Assembly: GCF_006345805.1 (NCBI RefSeq)
Contig: NC_043004.1
Coordinates: 47,058,001 to 47,122,000, forward strand
Reading direction: 5' to 3'
Origin: Octopus sinensis
Lineage: Eukaryota
DNA: 64,000 bases
Shown here: positions 53,753-64,000 of the stretch, piece by piece
Numbering within the stretch: position 1 is the stretch's first letter
How the letters are laid out: each line of letters starts with the position of its first letter
Made by a program: the position numbers and the translations under genes
Notes under the pieces: generated by a model
What the model saw: the letters and a program-made list of their open reading frames with translations, nothing else
The model's database searches: none
What the model was told of the DNA's origin: nothing

Positions 53753-54973
53753 TGTCCCCCCAAAATGTATACACACTTTAGCAGCTGATAATTCAATTGA
53801 TGTTTTTTCTTTCCAGATTGAACCCATTGGAATTAATGATGGCAGTCAGACTTTGCTTTGAACAAAGGAAATTCCTTCTAAAATGCTGCTGGAAGTGTGA
53901 AAATGCACTTGAAATGCAAAGACAGTTTAGGAGGGAGTTTCAACCAACTTCACCAAAGCGACTTACCATTACTCGTATTAGAGAAAAGTTTGTAACCCAT
54001 GGAACTGTTTCAGAATTTCCACGAGATGTGCAACCCCCACATCGACAACAACACGAACATCGACAGCCTCTACAATGTAAGAAGGAGTGCTGGAAACGTA
54101 TCACCAAAATCCAAAAAGAGCTGTGCGGGAAGTGAGTCTTGAGATAAACATTTCAAAACTTTCTGTCCAACGCGTTTTGAAGCATTGTCAATGGAAAACC
54201 TAAGTTCCAAGATTAGTCCATGCTATTAATGACGATGATGCAGACCGAAGAGTGCACTATTGCAAGTGGTACTTGGCACAATGTGTAGAAAAATGCACAC
54301 TTTCCAATAAATATTGTGTGGAGTAATGAGACCACATTCAAACTTAATGGTTTAATTAACCGCCACAATTGCACCTATTGAGGACCTGAGAATCCGCCAT
54401 GTTATGCTAAACCACCATGTTAATTTACCAGTAGTTACAGTGTGGTGTGCCTTATCATCAAGAGGATTAATTGGATCATTCTTTTTTGACGTTGCTGTGA
54501 TTGGTCCCATTTACTTGATCTTGCTGCAACAGTGTCATGCCAAGCATTAGAGAAGACTTTGATCGCAATGTTAGATCCTTACTTGGTGAGGTCTTACCAA
54601 TCAGGTGGATTGGACAAAAGGATTTCATTGAATACACTCCGCGTTCTCCAGACCTCACACCACTAGATCTTATTTATGAGGATAGCTAAAAGACAAAGTC
54701 GACGCTATGAAACCTGCAAAAGTCGCTGATTTGAGAGCAGCCATTAAATGAGAGTGCACAGAAATACCAAATGGATTGTTTCGTGATGTTTCCGATTCAT
54801 TGCTTCGCGTTATCAGCAGTGCCTTACTCAGACCGAACGTCAGTTTGTAAACAGGCTTTGACAAAACAATAAAATAATGTCTGTAGATTCTACCAAATTT
54901 TGAAAATGAAATGTATTTTAATAAACACCTACTTTATGATTATGTAAAGTGTGTATACTTTGTTGAGGATACC

Positions 54974-54976
<3 letters not shown>
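53752..54976 (+). mobile_element. Decayed Tc1/mariner-superfamily transposon (DD37D/DD41D-like) in (TA)n
   Basis: N-terminal HTH (RKFLLKCCWK..QRQFRREF..TITRIREKFVTHGTV); [18 protein letters not shown]; [14 protein letters not shown]; PRSPDLTPLD; TIRs sharing gtatacacacttta. The second catalytic Asp region is deleted. Confidence 0.88.
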
Positions 54977-55017
<41 letters not shown>

Positions 55018-55037
55018 ATATATATATATATTATATA

Positions 55038-55081
<44 letters not shown>

Positions 55082-55168
55082 AGAATTCACAAAAGAAAGG
55101 AAAGACGAAGACAGGTGGTGTAGACAACAAACAGATGTATTAGTATAACGCTCGGGAAGTGAAAAAGT

Positions 55169-55204
55169 CTTTAATGTTTCGAACCTGCGCTCTTCTCCAG
55201 AAAG
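55169..55204 (-). ncRNA. Decayed minimal hammerhead, same design as 8608-8642
   Basis: CUUU-CUGGAGA-A-GAGC(GCAG)GUUC-GAAACAUU-AAAG: A6 changed to G and G16.2 changed to A. Confidence 0.55.
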
Positions 55205-56367
55205 GAACACAGAAAGAAACAAAGAGAGAAAATAAAGAATGTGTAGTGGCTAGCGCAGAATAATGAACGAGATATGTCTGCACTATACGTTCTATAATTT
55301 ATATATGTACTTGTGCAAAATATTGTGCATTTTCCGTCCATATAATCACGAATATATTACTTGTAATACTTGTCATGGTTCTGTATCCTTAACGGTCAAA
55401 TATCTCAGATTGAATAAAACTTTTGCCAGCGTTGCCCATCTACAACACATTTATAGCGATATAAATAAAAAAATGTCAAGTGTCAATAATGTGTTACACC
55501 AGTAGCTGTAGGACAAAGCATATTTGAAAGATAATTAATTTGGAATTTTGAGGTGTTGCGTTACCGGTCCACTTCAAGCCCTTGATAACATTTGCCAGCA
55601 AAGTGGAGGTCGACGTTTTACTGTAGGAAATCTTCACCTCACAGCACGAGAACGAGTTTTAGCATCACCTTTGGATCAAAGAACTGGCAGAAAGGTGGCT
55701 TCAAACGGTGTACAGCATGGCATAAACTGTAAATACTAGGATACTTCCCTTGTAACTTGACGGATAAAGCAAGTAAGTTACCAAGATAATGCGAAATTTT
55801 TGTCTCAACACAATAATTTTATTGCACGTAAGGTGATGCAAGGTTGTAATGCTAAAGATTAATTAAACAGTTTAATTGGAATCACGATTTACACAACGGG
55901 TTTTAAAGTAAAATCGAGATTATATCAAGTTTGCAATTGGGTTTCAAGAATTGAGAATTAAGGGGATGTTCTAATTGTTTGAATCTCAATCATGCATGTA
56001 TAATTAATTACAATGTCTGTTTGTTTTCTTGGAAAAAAGTTACCACCATAGTAGCTTTGCCTCTACTCTTCCTTTTGGGTAATACTTGTTACTTCCACTG
56101 TGTGCCTTAACTTTTGTCTACGCGTGTTGTTTGTTTTCTTTGGTTAGGATTCAGTAATCTACAATACATCCGTTAGGAATAAAACTAAAGAATTGGGGTA
56201 CTTTCATACTATATTGGGAGACAGCAAGCTAAAATTATAGCCTTACTTTAGCTCAGTCTTTGAATACATGTGTCATTTAATTTTTTCAGTCAGTATTAAC
56301 GAGTTAATTTCTGCAAGTATACATGTGCATACATATATAAGTATATGTGTATGTGTGTGCATATGCA

Positions 56368-56420
<53 letters not shown>

Positions 56421-56505
56421 TGTATATAGATAGTATATATGTATGTATATTCATAGTAATACACTATACATTTAAACACATCATTGATGACCATCACATG
56501 ACACC

Positions 56506-56576
56506 TAGCATGCTAGAAAGAGTAGCCAAATTCCAAACCAGTGGTTTGGATTTTGGCTACTCCTTCTAGCATGCTA
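56506..56576. repeat. 34-bp inverted repeat with a 3-nt loop
   Basis: tagcatgctagaaagagtagccaaattccaaacc / agt / ggtttggattttggctactccttctagcatgcta, 2 mismatches. Confidence 0.92.
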
Positions 56577-56595
56577 CGTGCTAGCTGTGCTATGA

Positions 56596-57175
56596 TCAGA
56601 GACTGAAGGATATTTAGTTGCAGCACAAGGCCAAAGCCTCCCCTCCAGAAATTACCAAAAATATATATTGAAAATAAACATAACAAGTAAATGCAGAATA
56701 TGTGGAGATGGACAAGAAACAATAAATCATATTTTCTCTGGATGCATAGTCCTGGCTAAGAATGAATATAGTCACAGACACAACAGAGTTGGGACCTACA
56801 TACACTGGACGGTGTGTATGTCAACATTATGGTATAACAACAGAAAAAAGATTTTATAGGCACACGCCAGAAAATGTCACAGACTATGAGAAAGTATACT
56901 ATACTATCGGATATGCCAATACACACAGACTAATGCCAATAAACCAGATATAGTTGTCAAAGATCATGGAGAAAAAATGTTTCTAATTGATGTATCAACA
57001 CCAACATATGGCAACGTTTCTCTAAAAGAAATACAGAAACTTTCCAAATTCAAAGAACTGGAAATAGAGTTAACTCGAATGTGGAGTCTAAAAACAGAAA
57101 CAATTCCTATGATCGTGGACGCTTTAGTTATGATAAAAAATATTCAGAAAAATACGTATCAAACATACCAGGACT

Positions 57176-57216
<41 letters not shown>

Positions 57217-57280
57217 CATACAGAAAATAGCAATACTAGGCACTGCTCACATCTTACGTAAAACACTTACAATAATGAAA
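56596..57280 (+). mobile_element. R4/Dong-like 3' fragment (copy H)
   Basis: ETEGYLVAAQGQSL..CRICGDGQETINHIFSGC..RHNRVGTYIHW; NKPDIVV..LIDVSTP..KLSKFKELEIEL..MWSLK; LGTAHILRK. Confidence 0.9.
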
Positions 57281-59757
57281 TCATAATAGCATGGCAGCAA
57301 ACTACAGCACGTACACAAGGCACACAGAGCTGCGCCCCCGTAGTGCAGTGAAAGAACGTTATAAAAATAAGACTACTGAATTGTATAGTGAACAGCTGAC
57401 ACTGTAGTATATCTCCAGCGTTAGAAGCTGTGCAAAGGCAATTATAATAGTAATAATGTTTTTGAAATAAAATGACCATCAGCATTCTGTCTCGTCTATG
57501 GCGTTTATTACTTATTTTTCTAGGTTACTATACTCTTTCTAAACTGGATTATCATAATCATTTTCCTTATATTTTATATACTATATAGCACAATACTTCG
57601 AATATAGCATTGCATTGTTTCAGACGTCTTTACTATATCTCTCGAAGCATGATGCCGTAGAGTGTTTTACAGATTCTTCCACGAGTAATTTTTTAAAATC
57701 AATTGGAAAATGGATTAAATTATTTTGCTCATCATAAAACTACACTACAAAATACAACATTTGTTTGTGTGTGAGTGTGTGTGCGCACGCGTTTGTGTAT
57801 GTGTGTGCGTCCGTGAGTGTATGTGTGTGTATGTGTGCGTATGTGTTAGCGTCGGCGCGCTCCGAGCGATGGATGGTATTGCATTTTATATAACTATAGG
57901 TGTGCTATAAAATTTCATATTTGTATTTGAAATACGATTTCCGTTATATTGTATTCTAATATATAACAAGGCGTAATTGTTGACTGGTAAACATTCGTGG
58001 CCTAGTTTTGTATGATTTTCAGTTCATGATTATAAAATCGTGCGTTTAGATCGTACACCAAACGGTGTGTTATATCTTTAAGTAAGGAATATTCGTTTCA
58101 TGTTGCTCCAGTCATCTGTTCTGAGAAGAGAAATTGATGAAAATGCCTCTTTTACGTCATCTCTAACATCCTGAAACATCCGTTGGGTCAAGAGTTAGGG
58201 AATCGAAACGTGGTAGAATTTTCGTCGCAATTTATATACCTAATATAATTAACGAAGCCATGCTTGCTTACGAAAGAATGATGGATTATAGTTGAAATTT
58301 ACAGAATAGAAAACAACAAAGACAGGTGAGGGAACAACAAGCAGATGTTTGACGCTCCGAAAGAATGGAAAAAATCTTTGATTCTCGAGCTTACAAATAT
58401 AAACTAGGGATGGAGTATGTGTATTCAACACAATATATTTGTTAGTGATTTATCTGTTTTCAAGGTGGTACTATTCGAAAACTATATAATGCAAATATAT
58501 CATTGAGTTACCTGTCATATAATGAGTCAAGTGGGGAATTGCAAGAACGATGACTAATAAATAGTGAGGCGTATTTCCTCTCTATTTTGAAATCCTGCTG
58601 ATGATTAATTTGACTTTCATTCTTTCAAGATCCATACAATTGGTAGTGGCAATGCACTAATTCAATTTCCATGCATTGTTCCTACCTCAGAATGCCTGGC
58701 CATGTGGCAATACTATAAATCAATATTGTGAGGTGGTTAATCCATCCATAAGACTATTCACTTAACTCTTCACTATTATCTAAATTAGAAATATTGCTTT
58801 TAAGTTAGTCATAGGCTAATTTTCCATTTAAAATTATTAATAACGCTTCAGTGAACAATTTATTTCCAAATAAAACTAATATATTCTTTCGTTAGTAGAG
58901 GTGATACTTTCAAAATTAGGATTATACATGAATATATAGACAACTTTAGTGTTATATAATTCGACTGGCATGTAAAATGTTGGAGGATTAAAGGAAGCAA
59001 AATTATGTTAATTCAAACTCTCTTATTCATGTTGCTAAGAATAACCGCAAGTTTCTGTGACTATAAACTAATGTTACCTTTGTACATCTTTACAATTTAT
59101 GTTACTGATGCAAATTTGTAGGGACGTTTACATGCGTCAATAGGTGTTTAAACACGTTCTTATCAATCAACTATTTCTCATACAATCCCTTGCACCAAGA
59201 AAGCGAAACTCATACTCTCATACTACACTGTATTTCATGAGCGAGAAATGAACTTGTCATAAATTTGTGTTCATGAACGAGTATCAATTTAGATTTAAAA
59301 GCTCAGGTTTACTTGACCAATTACATTCTCCCTACTACATTTATAGATTTTAATGTATTGGGCTGCTGAAGAGTTATGTATCCTACATACATGCATTAAT
59401 TATTTGATCATTCAAATTGTATCTGAGTTGATTTGGATCTTTGTTGTTCTAAAGTTAATAAATTATATACGGATTGCATGCTGCGTGCAGTACTTTTCAT
59501 CTAGTATATTCATTAGATAAACATTCAGTGATATCGTCATCAGAACTAAATATTGTTTAAATTTCAAAAAAATGTAATGTAGCAGAGAAATATAATAAAC
59601 TGTCAGACAATAATTACTTTCGGCACTGAAGTTACAAAGTGGGTCTCCCCGTGAACGGTCTTAACTACCACGTCACCAAGGTTACTAAATACATATACTT
59701 ATATACATCCATACATGAACACACAAACTCTGATACACAGACACAAACAAATGTATA

Positions 59758-59798
59758 TAATAATAATAATGTTGCCGATGATGATGATGATGATAATG

Positions 59799-59865
<67 letters not shown>

Positions 59866-59872
59866 TAATAAT
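59758..59872. repeat. (AAT)n/(GAT)n microsatellite
   Basis: Directly visible. Confidence 0.97.
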
Positions 59873-61389
59873 AGAAAAAATTGGAAAGATATCATGAGAC
59901 TAATTAGAAAACTAATTCGAGACGTTTCAATGATCATTTCATGCATTTCCTAAGTCCCTTGGTTTATTCCCGTCGCCTAATTTTACAACGGCGACACACA
60001 ACTAAAAGTATATATACATGTGTATTCACTAGTAGACTGTTCACACTCGGTGTTCTATTAATTCATATCAGGTCGTTACACACGTAGCATTATATGAATT
60101 ATTCCTAAAATAATGATTCTTCGGTATTATTGGCAGGCAGCTTAGAGAAGAGGGGTAAGGAAAAGCTGATACGCCTTAAGAACGTTAAAAGTATTCGGTT
60201 CAATGCTCAACTAAATTACCGTTCTGTAGTCTAAGTACGTGGCCTCATACCACGCATATACAACATGCATATAAATATGACTCAAGCTTTTCCTGTATTT
60301 TAGATAAATAGGCGTTGAATTACAGTCGATTTCAGAAATGCATCATCGAATGATCTGTCAGTATCTAAAATTTTTAAATTTTAAATTGCAGCATATCCTT
60401 GAATTGTCTCGCGACGTATATAATATTTATTATGCTACATAGTTGTGACTTCGATCCAGTAACTAAGTCAGAGAACATGTAGTGTAACTGAAATTTGTTT
60501 CTGCTATGGCCGAATTAAGACGTACATATTTCGTTTTACTTATCGCTCACATCTCTCATTTTCACTTTCCGTAAAATTACTGAAAAACATTTAGAAGCTG
60601 TTCAAAACCAGTGACCCAATGTCACCAATATGAAAACCACGTGTATATGTTAATGGATTAAAACAAAAATATAAATTCACGCAAACTGCTACTCGATGGT
60701 AAATTTATTTCCTAGATAAAGAATTACAATCAATAATACCAGCATACGGATCAGTAACTGCTTTGCTCTGTATTGGCATTCAACTCACATCGTTCGTATA
60801 GAAGAATTAGTGGTGAATGTAATGTGAAAATGTATGCATACTTCCCAAAACGAGGTGAAAATATTTGTGCCAGGATATGATCTATAACATGTCACATGGA
60901 CTTCCTCTCCATATAAAGCATTGTCTGAACTGTTGTAAAATCCTCGCAAAATTTTACATCATATTATATCATTTCATCGACGATAAAATGATGTAATATT
61001 CTGAGAGTCCAATCAACTGACATTCTCATCATATTGTATCAAAAGCCAAAAATAGACGATTACAAAAACTATTAAACAGCAAAAAAAAAAAACTACTACA
61101 ATTTCCTATCACTTTCCAAAAGCAATTTTCCTGTTCTGAGAAATATTTATGGAACACGTATTAATAAACATTAAAGTATAAGTAATTATAGGTTTGTCTG
61201 TAAATTTAATGGCCATTTGCGATATAATAATACGTTTTCCAATTTTCATCTCAAACGTTATCTGTTTTCAAAATGTATGACAGGATTTTAAAGCTTATGT
61301 TTCGTTTGCAATTAAATACCATAGTGAAGCCAACTGTCACGTACGCAGACGTTTTAGTGTGTAAAGTTTACATGATGTTGCAGTTCCAC

Positions 61390-61743
<354 letters not shown>

Positions 61744-63804
61744 ATTCTATAAACAATGTTCGTAATGTTTTCTTTACCCTTAGGCTGGTCTGTGTTTTGC
61801 AGACGTGGTTGCAACATTAAACACCTGTTCGCATGAAATTTTCCAAATTGAGAAACGTTTCTTTCACATTCAAACAGAATCTGATGCAAAGGCAAATTTT
61901 GAAATAAACAAGTGTTGGACATTTAACCCATTGCACATAATTTCCCAAGTTTCCGGGTCAAACATATAATTTAGCGAAAATCTTATCTCTTGACATTTTG
62001 ACGTATTTGTTGTGGTGAAAATGACAGATAACCAGTTGTAACAATATTCTAAGCACAATACATCTTACGAGTAGTCATTTGTCTGAATGTTTCATGTTAT
62101 AAAATAATAATCTACTCTAAACAATTTGTTTGCTATAACTTATATATGGAGCTAATACAATGTTAAGTATAACAACCAATAGTACGCTGGGGGAAATAAT
62201 GCACGAAAAGCATGAGTTAAATTTACAATCGAATACCTGTTTTATGTATCTATACATACAAATTAATCTATATTTATCGTTAGCATATGAGAGTCAGTTT
62301 CACATCATATTCCATTACAAACAATGATTTAAGACCAATGAACAATATTTACGTGAACGTAAAGAGCAGTATTTGATTACTATACCACAAAAATGTATTT
62401 CATTTGTATTTGAAGTTATTGTAGTTTGCTTATCTTATAGCAATCTTTCTACGGATGAAATTAGAATAAAGCATATTCATATTCCTGAATTTCGAATAGT
62501 TCGTACCCAGACAAAAGAATGAAATAATAACGACATTTATAGGTCCTGTGCAAAAGCACAATTTGAGGTAAGTAGATTTGCAGAATATTTCATTAGAACT
62601 TACCTATATTAAGCAGGCAGGGCTATCCAATGAAAAGTCCTCCCCATATCTAGTGCAGGTGATAATAGGTACTAATCTTTTAGTACCTATTTTCTGTCAT
62701 AGCTTTCTAAATAATTCTTATACATAAACTAAGTCATTTAGATGCACACATATGTATGCGCGTGCATATGTGCGACTATGGTGTTGCAAGCTGGTGAACA
62801 TAACCTGCTCAAAAATACAGTCAAGTAGATCACTCAGCTTCAGTTAGTTAATACTATTCGGGTTCAGTTTACTTTTCTTCCTGCAAGCCGAAATACAACT
62901 AAATTCACGATGATGTTGTCACGCCATCATCGACAACCAATAACTGAATATACGTGTAGAGAATATAGATGTAACAGATTATTTAGTTCACACTGCATCA
63001 GATAGTGTGACATTTATATACATCCATTAGATCATATCCAAATGTGTTGAATAGCTTTTTAAACACCTGATAGAGGAAAAATAACTATCGTCCTAGATAT
63101 GTACAGTTGGAAACAAAATAAAATAATTTACTGACATGTATTATGACTTAAACCGCTTTTCCTTAATATTCATTTAACGATATTTTCATGTTGATATTCA
63201 CCTTATCTGAGGTAGAAGGCTTTTTGCCAAGATTGTGGTGAAATTTACAATTATGATACAAGTCTCCAAGGTTTCTATCACTGATAGGTGACTATAAGGA
63301 AAGTAGTCACTATGAAAGTCACTAACACAAGAATTTTTTCTCATCATTATAACTAATAGTAACTGCACATACATATAATAACATATCTAAATATGAAAAT
63401 TTATTCGACAAGTGATCAACCAACGAGTACATGATTTTCAAATGTATCATTTGAAGGCAGTGATGCATAGATTGAATTGAACATATCTTATAGAAAGTAG
63501 CACCCAGGTATTATAGTTATTGATCATTTAATATAATATTAAATATAATAAATACAATAGAACTTATTTTATCGATTTGTGAATAGCGAATGTCTGAAAA
63601 CATCTGTAACAATTATTGGCAAGTAAAATAGTTATTGGGGGGAAAAAGATACACACATGTACACATTTTAAAATTATATAATTGTGTGTATTTGTGCGTG
63701 TGTGCATGTGCGTGTGCGTTTGCGTGTGTGTGCGTAGGAAGAGAGAAGTAGACAGTTGATGAGAGACATGTATGCAGAAAGAAAGACAGAAACAGATGAA
63801 AGGT

Positions 63805-63807
<3 letters not shown>

Positions 63808-63867
<60 letters not shown>

Positions 63868-63985
63868 TAGAGAGAGAGAGAGATAAATAGATAGCTAGAT
63901 AGATAGAGAGAGAGATAAATAGATAGATAGATAGATAGAGAGAGAGATATAAATAGATAGATAGATAGATAGAATGATAGATAGA
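63808..63985. repeat. (TA)n + (GA)n/(GATA)n microsatellite
   Basis: Directly visible. Confidence 0.95.
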
Positions 63986-64000
63986 TACGCATTTCCAGTA

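Noticed and set aside
62664-62691. 12-bp hairpin as a terminator or regulatory stem
   Set aside because: A short AT-rich inverted repeat in eukaryotic DNA with no supporting context.

Overview
Eukaryotic, AT-rich, repeat-dominated DNA with no intact long gene, rRNA, true tRNA gene or CRISPR array. The SINE families and dense (TA)n/(CA)n/(TAA)n tracts suggest an octopus (coleoid cephalopod) genome; this is recognition from memory, not a database match. Decayed mobile elements fill most of the window: at least seven fragments of R4/Dong-like RLE non-LTR retrotransposons (three flanked by (TAA)n), three or four RTE-clade LINE fragments, Tx1/L1-like fragments, a decayed autonomous Helitron and a precisely bounded non-autonomous Helitron, two Tc1/mariner transposase remnants, MITEs, and several tRNA-derived SINE families. 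Most ORFs in the supplied track are microsatellite read-through. Four signals stand out. (1) Hammerhead-ribozyme motifs of Penelope-like type, including a 791-bp element whose 188-bp arms are identical inverted repeats, each carrying a complete type I hammerhead. (2) Reiterated 5' ends on three (TAA)n-embedded insertions, including a 15 x 19-bp minisatellite. (3) An RTE insertion with a twin-priming-type 5' inversion and a 14-bp target-site duplication. (4) Several long near-perfect palindromes, most next to (TA)n. There is tentative evidence for spliced host exons on the minus strand, two of which join in phase into a CUB-like domain. All coordinates were counted by hand and may be off by a few bases.
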